Assembly: GCA_000388065.2 (NCBI GenBank)
Contig: KB932204.1
Source: Fonticula alba ATCC 38817
Taxonomy: Eukaryota > Protista > Nucleariida
Strand: one strand, 5' to 3'
Length of the DNA stretch: 64,000 nucleotides
Part shown: positions 47,390 through 59,206 of the stretch, one piece after another
How the letters are laid out: the number at the start of each line of letters is the position of its first letter
How positions within the stretch are numbered: the first letter of the stretch is position 1
The notes under the pieces: model-generated
The model's database searches: none
What the model saw: the letters and a program-made list of their open reading frames with translations, nothing else
What the model was told of the DNA's origin: nothing
Made by a program: the position numbers and the translations under genes

Positions 47390-49373
47390 TTGTCCCCCGC
47401 TGTGTTTACTCCCCGCGACCATCTTCCCCGACTTGCATTTCTGCCTGCGTCGAGCCAGCCATACGTCCTCCGGGCGTTGGTTGTTTACTACCGGCACATG
47501 CACAACAAGCATGCCATGTGCATGTCGCGCCTGAGCATGTTGCGCGACTCGTCATCGGCTTCCCAATTGCACGAGGATACCTTGCTTTTGCCGGCCAGCC
47601 CGGCGGCCGGTGGGCGGGAGATGCCCCAGGAGGGCTCGCGCTTCTGGAGCTTGCTGATGCCGTGGAGGACATCCGGCCGATCGGGCGAGGCCAAGGCTTC
47701 GGATGCCCTTCCGGAGGGGAGCCACCCGCTGGAGCCGCTGACCTCGAAGGTGGACCCGGCGCCCGGGGCAGCGGGCGCATGCGCCTCGGCCGGGCTCCCG
47801 GAAGGCACTGCGAGCTCCACCAGCATGGAGCCCGTCTCGCCGGGGGGGTCTCTCTGCCAGTCCAAGCACAAGACCTCGGCCTTGAGCTTGACCATGGATG
47901 CCCCTTCGCCGACCAGCGAGCAGCCTGGCGAGGTGGTCGATGTGTACCAACTTAAGCAGAAGCTGGCGCAGGAGTTGAACAAGGCCATCACCTTTCGCAA
48001 GACCAGGAGCTTTGCCCTGCTGAAGTGGGTTCAATCGTCTCGCAACCAGGTCATCATCTTCCTCGGGACCAGCCTCGTGTCATTGATCTTTGTGGTGATG
48101 GCCATGATCCTGTGCGTTGGACGTTCGGGAGGGGGAGTCCCCCTTGGTGGCGGGAGGGCCCATTGAGTTGGTGTTGCCGCGCGTTCGCTGTCTCGCGCGT
48201 CTCTCCTTCTCCCGCCTGGGCATGCACCTCCCCATCCTCCGCCCCGAGCCTGCTTGCTGACCATCCCGCGCACATGCACACCCGTACTCGCGCGCGCCTG
48301 TCTGTGCCCTCAATCGGGTCCCTCGGCCTGGCCCACCGCCGGCCTTTCTGCCGCTTGCATGGCCCGGCCCTCAGAACCATCGACACCCCTTTCGATAATT
48401 ACACCAACGCCAACCCCAGCTGCATCTATGGCTCGAAGTATGTCATCATGCTGGAGGTCATTGTCCTGATCCCGATTGTGGCCATACCGGTGACCATGGT
48501 TTGGTCCGCGCGGGACATCTACCTCATGAAGCAGGAGCTCTACATCAATACATCGGCCTCCTTCCTGGTTGCCCTGCTGTGGGGCATCTCGGCGGCGATC
48601 GGGGATATGGGCTGGTTCCGGCCGGAAATCATCGCCATCTTCCTGACAACCTTCAACAATCTGCTGATTGTCATCTTCCCCGTGACCCTGTCCTTCCTGC
48701 CCTTCTACCGGAATTTGACGTGCGTGCTTGGATGTGTGGTTGTTTTTCTCCCCGGCCCACAGCACTGACATGCGATGCTTCGCCGAATGCCTTCTCCTCT
48801 TCACCATGCCATGGGATCGGGGTGCTGCGGGATGGGCCGCCTCCGGAAAAAAAAATATCCCCCCAAACAAACCCCAGGCACCAGCGGAACTGGAATCCCC
48901 TGTTCATGAGGGAGAGCCAATCCGCGGAGGAGCCCCGGTCGGCTGTGAATGGGATCTTGGACTTCGAGACATTCCGGCACTTCCCCGGGCCGGCCATGCA
49001 GTTCGAGCAATTTTGCGTGGAGTCCTGGTGCGCGGAGATCCACCTCTTCCAGACCCGCTGCCTGAGGTACCTGGACAATTACGACCGCATGTCCCCGATG
49101 CAGCGGTACCGGGAGGTGCTGGAGATGCGCGACCAGTTTGTCCGCATCGAGTCGCCCTTCGAAATCAACATCCCCGGCAACATGCGGCAGAAGCTCCTGC
49201 GGACCTTTGACGAGGTGGCCGTTTTGGACCAGGACGGCCAGCCGGGGCCCATCCCCCGGGACATCTTCCTGCCGGCGCAGCAGGAGACCAGCGAGCAGCT
49301 GAATCGCCTGCTGCACATCTGGCGCGACACGCCGGCCGGCAAGCGCGAGACCCAGGAGCTCCTGGTCCTCTGA
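46917..49373 (+). CDS. 7TM-RGS protein (seven TM helices fused to a C-terminal RGS domain); exons 46917-47174, 47459-48111, 48375-48719, 48878-49373; start uncertain (gap just upstream)
   Basis: Seven hydrophobic helices after splicing and a DIYLMKQEL motif before TM6. RGS box: FEQFCVESWCAEIHLF...DQFVRIESPFEINIPGNMRQKL...IFLPAQQE. Confidence 0.85.
47236..47390. repeat. (CT)n microsatellite within intron 1 of the 7TM-RGS gene
   Basis: Direct reading; lies between the donor at 47175 and the acceptor at 47458. Confidence 0.9.
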
Positions 49374-52300
49374 CGGGCGACGGCCGGGGGATTGGCTGGC
49401 CAGGTGAAGTTGCCCGGGCCGCCTCCCTTCCCGGTCGTGTGTGTGTGTGGCTCTCTCTCTCTCTCTCTCTCTCTCTCATACAGTCCCTTTTTCGCATCGC
49501 CGTTGGTTTCTCGGTGTGCTGCCGGCGGGATGGGGTGTGTGGCAACAAAGGCGTGTCTTCGTGGCCCTTCGGGGTCCGTGTGGTCGGTCTTCGGGAGATG
49601 CTCGACGGCAACCCGGGTGAACAAAGGCATCCTGGTTGGTGGTTTTTTTCCCCCGCGACGCCCACCGACATACTGGCAGGTGGGAGCTTGGGCGGCAGAC
49701 ACAGCAGCCTCACTGGGATGGCCTGGCCATCGGGCGGGAAGGCCGGTAGCTGTGGCCCTGCAGCGACAGAGGCTCCGGCTTGCGATGGAGACGTGGCACG
49801 GAGACATGTGCGGGGACGCCGCCACCGTGTTCCTGCTTGCGTGTTGCCGCGTTCTCCGGCGAGAGGGGTTCGGACCGCCACCAGGGGAAGGTCGAATACT
49901 CGGTTATGGTTCATCGCCGGGCCCGGCCAGCCAGCTGCACAGGACCACCTGCCCGTCTGGTGGCTGTGCAAGCGCAGCCCGTGCTACGGGAGAATGGGAT
50001 CGCTCGTCGGGACTCGGGGGAGGGAGCCACGGGGCACCTTAGCCGTGGCGCAATTTCCTGTGGATCGCAGTGGAGATGGCTCAGACGGGCTGCATGGTCG
50101 GATGAGCGGCCCGGCAATGGATGGCCTCTTCGGCTGGGGCCGTTGCGACGGCGGTCATCATCGCCCAATGGCCGCCACCAACCAAATGCCTTCCTAGCGG
50201 GAGGGCTACTTTGCCGGAGGAGCAGCCGACCCTTCGGGCATGCGATTGGATGTGTGCCAGCACCGGCCAGTAGGCCGGCAATGGACAGCGTCATGGTGAG
50301 CAGTCGGTGCTGGAGGTCGGGTGTGTGCGAGTGCCTCGGGAGGTGAGGGTTGCTGGTGTGCTTGGGCCCCAAGCATCTGGCGAAGAGGCTCCCCATCGAT
50401 GGCTGAGGCTGTGGGACATGTCAGCCTGGGCACGCTTGTCGAGAGGATGGATTCCATTGAACGGGGTGAACTCCATCAGCTCGGGCTCAGAGTGGCCCAT
50501 GCTCGGGAGTCGACAGGCTCCGATGGTTGTCTCCTTGGACCGACCATCTGCCCCGGGAGCCGGGATCGCCCATTACCGATGTGGAAAGGGCGCTTGCGGC
50601 AGGGTGAATCCCAAGCATCGCACCTTCGCCGTCGGGCGGGACGTGGTGATCTCTGTCCGGCTGGATGTGTGCCGGGTTTCCGCCCGTGTGCGGATCACGC
50701 GGCCCCGACGAGTCACCCTGGCCGGAGATGGGACGCTCGTCGGGGGGACTGCGAATCGCAAGGCTGATGCTGCCATGCGCGTAGGATTGCCTTGTTTATT
50801 CCGGTGGCCTTGGTGATGGTTCGCCTGACGGACCAGCGACAGGTCATCCCCATGCAAGTGCACAGCCCGGTGGCGGGGGCCCGCGCTCCGTGCAAAATGC
50901 ATCACCCTGCATTTGGCATGGTGGGATGCCGCGCGGCGAGGAGGCCTTCACGGCGCATGTGTCCCGGGGGCCAGCGGCCCTGTTCGAGGGAGGCGCTGGG
51001 AAATCGGCGCCTCCAAGCCGCCCACGGCGCCCTTCCCTCAGAGCCCGCAGAAGCTGACCCCTGAAGGGGGAGATCGGCAGACGCTGGTGACATTTTTTGC
51101 ACGGGATCCGGGGAGCCATCAATCCGGGGGGTTGACTACCAGGCAGATCCCGGTTGGGCGGGGAGGCCCGCCCTTCGGCAGGGGAACCCTCATGCTCGGA
51201 CTGATGTATGGCAAGTGGCGGCGGGGGTGGGCCCACGGCGATGGCCGGCAGGCATTGCCCTGGGTCGGCGAGGAGAACGGCCCTCGTGGATGGGACCATC
51301 ATCCAGCTCATCGCCGCGTGGTGGGGCCCCTCGCTCCCCCTCCCTCCCCCGAAGAAAGTGCCACGCCTGGGGTGGGACTCTACCCCCCCCCGCGCCCCCC
51401 AAAGACGGCGCCTCGAATGGGGTATGCCTGTGTCCGAGCGAGTGAGGGCGCCTGCTGTGCAGTGAAGCCCTCTCACCGAAACAGCCGCCCGCCCGGTGCC
51501 GAGGGGGGTGACCCCGGTGGGGCATGGTCCCTCGGGGAGGCCGCGCCGGACCCTTGGCCAGGGTGCTCGATCAGACTTGCCTCCTGCGGCATTGGGCCTC
51601 AGCTTGGTTGAGGCGGGTGGGCCCATTTTTCTCCTCGCTCCTGCGGCCATCCTTGCAAGTGGGAGTGTGGGGCCCTTTTGACGGTCCGAGCCCGAGCATC
51701 TGGGTCGACCGAGGGGCCGGCGGCTATGGGAGATCGGCTGATCGGGATGATGGTACCCGTCACTTTCCTGCAGGGGGTCCTGTTGAGAAATGCCCCGGGA
51801 CATGGCACAGCATGTGCGGCATCCCGGAGCGGGGCCGCCGCCCCGCCGGGCATGGGTGCGCGCCTCTGCCTGCCCCGAGGCTAGTATGGTGTCAGAATTC
51901 ACTCGACGCTGGTGCGGCACCTCGGGCGGAAGGGGGCCTGCGTGAAATGCGGCGAGTCGTGGCGGCGCAGACTGCCCCCCCCCCCCCCCGAAGGTCTTTC
52001 GAGAGAGTTGGGAAAGATGGGCGGCTATCCCCACAAGCAATGGAGCCGAGGAATGATGCGCCGCATGTGCGCTCCTCAGCCGGGGACAGGGGAGACGCTC
52101 CGGGGAGGAAAGGATAATAGACCGGGCCATGTGTGGGTGCACTTGTGGAGCCTGCAGCAAGAGGGTACAGGCCCGGCACGCACATGAAACTCCGGGTGAT
52201 CCGAGCTCGGCCATTGTCCCAATGCTCTGCCTGATCATGGCGTGCGATTGGGGAATTGTCAAACCACCAAGGGCATTCTGAAAGGTGCAGCCTGCGCGGG

Positions 52301-53785
52301 CGATGCTTCGGTTGAGCGGCCGCCGGGCGGCTTGCGCTGAACGCATGTGGCCCGCCATTCGGTCGTGGGCCGGCGACCCTTTGCCAATCTGGGACACCTG
52401 CCCCGAGGTCGCCTGGCACGGGTGCTGGCAAATTCACGCGCCGCTCAGCTCCTGCCCGCCTGCCTCGTCTCAAGCGGCTTTGTCCACTCCTCCGGTTGCC
52501 TTTACGCAGATCCAAGGTCTCGTCTCCGGGCATGTGTGTTTTTTTTTTCCCCATGAGCATGACCCTTTTCAGCTCCCTGTGAAAGGAGGGAGGGTGCGCA
52601 TGTGGACTCCCCTCAATATGACCGCCACCAGCCCCGTCCTGCGGCCACTTTCCTGGGTGTCTCTTCTCCGATGGGGACTCCAATGGAGGCGGGCCCTCTT
52701 GTGGCCTCCTCTCCAAGGTCCTAACACACTCAGCTGTCCTCCTCACTTGCCAATGCCCGGTGTGCCTGTCCACCTCCTCTCCGCCCCTGCCCCCCCCCCC
52801 CCTGGGGCGGTGCGACTCGGTCCCCGATGGACGCCCCATGAAGGTGCAGATCAGGAGCCATCCTTTTTCTTTGTTGGTGTTTCTATGTCCTCGGTGGTGG
52901 TTTTTGTGGGATGGAGGGTTTTGGGAGGCTCGGGGAGACCTTCGCCGGTTGCCAGAAGCACATGTCAGAACCGAAGTGCTTCACCGGGCTCCGAGGTCGA
53001 TGACGCGGGCGTCCCGCTGTCGATTGGCCACGATGCAGCCATGTGCGTCGAAGAAGTGACGAGGTCCGGTGGATGGCGGCGATTTGTCGGAGTTCAGCCC
53101 AAATCGCGAGGGGCTTGACATTCCGCAGTGTCGAGGAGCCCGGCAGCCCGCCAAGCTTCCGAGCTTGCTCCTGGCAATCAGGGAAGATCGGGCCCCGTGA
53201 AAAGGGAGCCTGGGTTCGGGCATGACCTAAGAACTCGGCACCGAGGGTGGCGTCAAATCGAAGATGTGGCGGAGGGGCGGGTGGAAGGCCCCCCCCCCCT
53301 CCAGCGTGCGCTCGAGCGAGCTGGAGCGGGATGTTTTTTTTTCCCCTAACAGGTCCCCTACAACGCAGGGAGCAGCGCCTTGGCTGGATGCTTGCAGAGG
53401 AGTGGACCACGCAGGGGGTTGCCCGTGGCATAGAGGCAGGTGCGCACGGGTCCTGTGTTGCGAGCGTCGAGGGTGATCGCGGTGGGGTCCCGGCAGTTCG
53501 CGGGCGGGTCCAGCAACCTGTGCAGCGGAGAGAGAGAGAGAGAGAGGTCGCGTTGGGTCGGAAGGTAAACCTCCGGGCAGTCGCACGAGGGATCAGGAGA
53601 GCCTCGGCCCCCGGCGCCGATGACGCACTCGCGGGCGGGCCCGGCGTCGGCGTCGGCGTCGAGGAGGCCGGTGTTCGAGGGGCGCGCGGCCTCCCGTGCG
53701 ATCGAGGCCTCCCCGGCAGCGGTGGCCGCCTGATTGTGGCTTGCCTGCGCCGGCGCTGTGGATTGAGCGCGGGCTCGAGTCGTTT

Positions 53786-56081
53786 TCAGTGGGAACGAGG
53801 GCCCTTGGCGGCGCCTCGGTTCTTGTACTGGCGCCGGTGGGTCGCGCCGGCCGCGGCTTCGGGCGCGCCGGCGCCGCGCCCTTGCTCCGGGTGGTCGCCC
53901 GAGGCCGCCTTGGCATTGTTGGGCTTTGAGGGTGGAGGCGGGCTCGGGCCCAGGGTAGCGAAGTGGCATCTCTTCGGGAACGGGCAGTCGAGGCACTTCA
54001 GGAAAGGGGCACGATCTGGGATGATGCCCAGGAAGTCGCCTATGGGCGGGATCTCGCCCTTTAACTTGCACGAAGGCACGCGGAAGGGGGATTGCTTGGT
54101 GAAGTCCGGCGGCTGGGAAGATTGCCCCCGGGTCGGAAGGGTTGTTTTGGCCAGGAGCGTCTGCCAGAACAGTTCATGCGGCGGGCAGAAGCGGACCTTG
54201 GCGCACAGGGTCGCCGCGGCGCATGCAAGATCCAGGCTGGACATCGAAAACTCCCAGCAAGTCATGGAAATGGCCGACAGCATGTTGACGTCCCACAGGG
54301 TTGACAAAGTTGCAGATGTTCTCGTAGAAGTCGTCCTGGTACATGTGCGGGAATAGGCCAATGCTTCTGACCACCGGAGAGGGGAGCGTCTTGAGGAACC
54401 CATTTACCGTCACCGGCTGCCAACAGGTGGCGCAGATGGCCATTCGAATCTGCATGATTGAGCGGATGTGAGACGTGGTGTCCGGGTGTTGGGGGAACGC
54501 CGGGCGGGTATCTTCCTTGCTCGCGACAAAGGCACCCCGCAGGAGCTCTTGAACGTGGGCCTCCGACAGGTCGAAGAAGATGTCCAGACGAGTGGGCTTG
54601 AAGTCCGGGTGCCGGGGTGCGAACAGCGCGTCGAGTCCCCTCTGGCGTTGATAATGAATTTCCGGGGCGAAATAGATGATCGACTTGGTGGCGGGCACCT
54701 GGTTGAGGAGGGCGGGCGCGGTGGGCTCGGGCTGAGGGGCCACCATCATGGTGCTGCCTGGCCTTGGGGCCGGGGTGGGTGGGGGGCTGGCTCCGGGGCC
54801 GGTACAGGCGGGAGGGCTGGCTCCGGGGCCGGTGCAGGCGAGGGGTCTCGCTGTGTCGGCGTGGACAGAGCCGTCCTGCTGGGCGGGCCTAGCTGCTGAA
54901 CATCCCAGGACAGTTGTAGAATGCGGAGCTGGATGGCCGTCATCCGGGCCAGTGTGGCCGAGGGGCCGAGGGGCTGCGGCTCCTGCGTGGCGGGATCCTC
55001 GTTCACGGGCTGAGGGTGCCGGTGCCGGGCGGTCTGCATCGGGTCGAGCATGTGGCGCATGCTGTCCGGGTCCTGCGCCGCGCCATTCTCGGGCTGGCCG
55101 GCGCGCATCTCGGTGTGCCACAGTTGTCGGAGAGTCCGGTTCTTGAGGTCCATGTTCCCAGGGGCGTGCTTCACCAGCTCATTCAGGATGAGGGCAAGCG
55201 ATTCCCCCGGAGGGGTGGCTTCGCCTCGCAGCTGTCGGAGTTGCTGGATGTAGTCGAGCAGCTCCTCCTGCACCAGGCTGTGGCCGTTGTACACAACTTG
55301 GCCGAGCGCCGTGAACAGCCGCTGGCCCGGGCTCATGGGCAATTGGTCGCGCCGACTGGCGGTCAGGATCTCGGCGCGCTGACGCGAGAGGACGATGGCC
55401 CGTGACATGAGGCCAGCCAGGCTCTCATGGCGGAAGAGCGGATGAAGGGCGGGCTTGCGATTTTGCCAGAGGCGCCAAAGGTCCGAGGGATTTGGCAGGA
55501 GCCCGTATCGCTGCTGGAGCCGGCTGATGGCGGTTCGGTCGGATGCCTGGAGTGCTGGCCAATCCAGGAAGTCCCTCGGCCGATGGCCCGAGATGTCTGG
55601 GCGAGCCGCCAGCAGGTCCACCAGGGCGCTGGTGAAGATGTCATCGGCCTTGCATAGGCCGGGCACATCGCCGACGGCGCCCAGGATGACGCGGGAGTGG
55701 AAGAAGCCCAATGCGAAGCAGTCCTCTGGGTCCAGCCGCAGGAGCATGTGCAAAAAGCAGCTGCTCGGTTCGGTTCGGGATCACGTCCGGGAAATTGTGG
55801 CCGATCGCCGCGTAGATGGTCAAGATGCTGGCGCCGAGGTCCATGCTGCGGTTGGCGGAGGTGAAGTGTCGGGCCATGATGGGCACGTCATTGAGCGCCA
55901 TGTGCACGGGCTGCGGCAGGGCGTCCAAGAAGCGAACGATCTGGGCGTGGAATTCCTCCAGGGTGTCATCGTCGGGCAGGAGACGATCGTTGATGATGGT
56001 TACGCGCGCTGGGCACAGTGGAGTGGACACGCGCCCGGCGTCGCGAGTAGGGCGAGGAGGCCGACGAAAGAGGGAAGGCAA
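53786..56081 (-). pseudogene. Intronless ORF of about 760 aa, unknown function, split into four overlapping frames (pseudogene, recoded gene or mobile-element relic)
   Basis: Protein-like segments in ORFs 55641-56081, 54746-55753, 54174-55121 and 53786-54403 join by single-base shifts at homopolymer runs. The C-terminus carries CLDCPFPKRCH. Confidence 0.55.
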
Positions 56082-56302
56082 GGAGGCGGGGAGGGAAGGT
56101 GGGGGCGGGGGGGCCAGGCTGGTTGGTCTTGCGGTTCCAACATTATCTTAGAGCCTTTTGAAGGAGGACGAGCCCCTTCGGGATGCGTCGGTTACGGTTC
56201 GGGGCGGACTCCCGTGTCGGCGGGGTAGGACCAAATGCCCCGACACGGCAGTGTGTGCGTGTGCATGAATACGCCCCTGGAGTGGAAGGACTCCACATGG
56301 GA

Positions 56303-56374
56303 TCCCGATTAGTATAGTGGTGAGAATCCCCGCCTGTCACGCGGGAGGCCCGGGTTCAATTCCCGGATCGGGAG
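56303..56374 (+). tRNA. tRNA-Asp (GTC)
   Basis: TCCCGATTAGTATAGTGGTGAGAATCCCCGCCTGTCACGCGGGAGGCCCGGGTTCAATTCCCGGATCGGGAG, followed by TTTT. Confidence 0.95.
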
Positions 56375-56828
56375 TATCTTTTGTCCCTCCGCGGCGTCCG
56401 GGCTTTTGTTGGCACGGTTGTCGTGTTCTCGAGGGCGCGGGGGAGAGGCGCCCGGGCGGGGCGGGGGCGGGGGCGGGGCGGGTGTTGCTGTTCCCCTCGT
56501 GTTGGCTGGAGGGGGATGGGGACAACGGAGACCGGGGGGGGGGGGGGGGGGGGATGGCACGCACAGTCCACACAGCCGAGAGCCGCGCGAGATCCTGCTG
56601 CAGGCGCTGGTGAACACCGGCCACCAAACGCCGGGCCCCGAGCGGCAAGCGCCGCCGGGCCTGCGGGAACACCTGGGGGGGGAGGGGCAGAGGCGGCGCG
56701 GGACGTGCGGAGGGTGTGGGGGCCACGAAGGGGATCGATCTTGGATTGTTGTTTTGTGATTGGGAGTGTGTTTTTCCATGTGGCCGGGGCGAGGGCGAGC
56801 GTCGCGATCGCGCGAGGGAAAAAAGAAA

Positions 56829-56901
56829 TTCCCATACCGGGACTCGAACCCGGGTCTCGTGGGTGAGAGCCACGTATCCTAACCACCTAGACTATATGGG
56901 A
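56829..56901 (-). tRNA. tRNA-Glu (CTC)
   Basis: TCCCATATAGTCTAGGTGGTTAGGATACGTGGCTCTCACCCACGAGACCCGGGTTCGAGTCCCGGTATGGGAA, followed by a T-rich terminator. Confidence 0.95.
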
Positions 56902-56985
56902 GGGGTAATATACCGCCTCGAGATGGGTCTTTTATTTGACGGCCCTGGGTGCAATGGAGCTGTGGGGGCCAAAAATGAATGCAGT

Positions 56986-57058
56986 AGCCCACTGTGGGGC
57001 TCGAACCCACGACCCTGGGATTAAGAGTCCCATGCTCTACCAACTGAGCTAAACAGGC
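56986..57058 (-). tRNA. tRNA-Lys (CTT), copy 2
   Basis: Identical to the copy at 44355-44427, with a TTTTT terminator 10 nt downstream. Confidence 0.95.
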
Positions 57059-58895
57059 TGTACATGGTGGCATGCACGGTGTGCGGAAATAAAAATGAAT
57101 GGTACGCCGTCGGTGGCGGACCTGGGCCGCCGGCCCTCGGCACTGCGGTGGTGGGGGAAACATGGGCCTCTCTGGCTCCCAGGGCGCGTGGCTGGCGGAG
57201 AGGGCCCCCGGCTCGTCGGGAAGCTTTCCGCCGGGGCGCGAGCATCAAGAAAAAGGGTCCTGCCCCATTCCGCGATCCGGGCGCCGGTTCCTGTCATGCT
57301 CGCGGGCACATGGTTTCCGCCCGGGGTTGGCGCCTCATTCTGCAGGGGCCCAAGAGGGGGGGCTATCATCTCCGGCAGTTCGGCCAGCGGCCTGGCCATT
57401 GTTGGGTGTTTTTTTTTTTTCGTGCGAGACACATGTCGCCCGTCAATCGAGGGGCCGGGCCCGGGGGATGGCGGTGCCCGGAAAGCGCCACAAGGAACGC
57501 TCCCTTGCTGGGGCCGCTGGGCCTGTGTGGTCCGCCGAGGCCGAGAGCCCTCGGGGCCGGCTCGGAGGGCATGCGCTTGGTCATCTCGGTTGTTCGACAG
57601 GCACAAAGGCGGGCCCACGCTCTCGGGCCGAGGGCTTGCCGCGCTTCGGGTGTCGTCCCTGGGTGGCGCATCGCCGCCGGCAATCACACATTCCTCCATG
57701 CCTGTGCGGGCCCTTGGCTGGTGGCGGTGTCGGTGTGCTCCTCCTCCAGGCGAGGCGCATTCGGGTGGGGACGAGCTCCGCGGGGACATGCCCTGGTATC
57801 CTTGGCCCGGGAGATTCTCCCCGTCAGGCAGGCTGGAATTTCGGGGTGGCGCGCGGCCGGCTGCCTGGCCCCGAGCAGCGTGGTTCCCCCGAGAGGGGAT
57901 TGCCTTTTCTTTTTTCGGCGTTCATTCTCCTTCAGGCGACGACGCGCCGAAGGGTGGGAGGGCATCGACTCGGGGGTGGCCCGACCACTCCGGATGCCCG
58001 ATGCCGGGTTTGCTGCCAGCAACCGGGGCTCGGTCATGCTGCTGGCAGCTGCTGGGGCCGATGTCCACGCCCGGGAAGCACCGTCGAGGCGGTCCCCAGC
58101 CCCTGAGAGACATAGTGCTCTCGGGAACCACGGGCCGGGGGCGGGTGCCCCGGGGACTTTTGCCGCGACGGGGACTGGCGGACATGGGTCGCGGCATCGG
58201 TGCTCTTGACGCAAGTGGAAGGCTTGGCTTTTCGGTGCATGCCCCACCGACCAGGGGCCGCCGGGGGGAAAGGCGGGCCTTTGGCCCATCGCGATGATGC
58301 AGCGGCATTGATCCCGCGCGGCGGAGGGCCGCCTGGCGGGGCATGTGAAGACACGGCCCTGCCCGTGTGTTCACAGGGCGGCACGCCCCGTGCTTGGGGC
58401 ATGCATGGCTGCCGGGTGGCTGAATGGGGTGGCGCTCCTGGTGGCCGCCCGGAGGGGCCAGGGGGGGGGGGGGACCTTGGGCCCGACGGGGGATGCCGAG
58501 CATGTGGCACCTCCCTGCCCAGGGTGTCGAGTCATCTGCTGCATGCCGCCGGCCCGGGCCGTAGTCGCCGCTCGGAGAAAGGGCGATTGGAGGCCCGCAT
58601 GGGCGCGGGCATTTTGCCTCGCCGAATGCGGCCGACGCCCTCCGCGCCGGATCGCCAGGCTGAGCCCTTATTCCCCGGGAGTTCTCTCGCCCGAGAGGAG
58701 CTTCACCAAGCACACCCGGCCCGGCGGGGCTGGAAAGGGCACCTGCCAAGAGCCGGCATCGGGGGGCCCGGATGGCTTGGTCCGGAAGCGCGCTCCTCAC
58801 TGGGGATCTCTCGGGACCGTGTCAGGCAGTTGTGTATTGGATGAAGGTGCCGAGGGCGGGGCTGCTTGGCGCGCGAAGGGGCAGACCGAGCACAT

Positions 58896-59161
58896 TCAGA
58901 GCGGCGCTTGGAGCTGGCCCAAGGTGGCGGCCAGTTCGTCGGCCGTGGGGCGGTCGTCGGGGTTGGTGGACCAGGCCCGGCGGTACGCCTGGCAATAGGG
59001 CTCCAGCCAGGAGGCTGACGAGACCACGGGCACCAGCTTCCGCGGCTCGCCGGTGGACAGGTCCCTGTCTGGGCGCTGGTCGGCCATCACGGCGCGAGGC
59101 AGCTCGCTCGACGGCGTGGCTATCGAGCCAGGCAGCGCACGCGGGCCGATTAGCCAGGGGG

Positions 59162-59206
<45 letters not shown>

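Noticed and set aside
54326-54345. YQDD resembling the reverse-transcriptase YxDD motif
   Set aside because: It lacks the flanking hydrophobic strand and the upstream PQG/QG motif; no other RT motifs are present.
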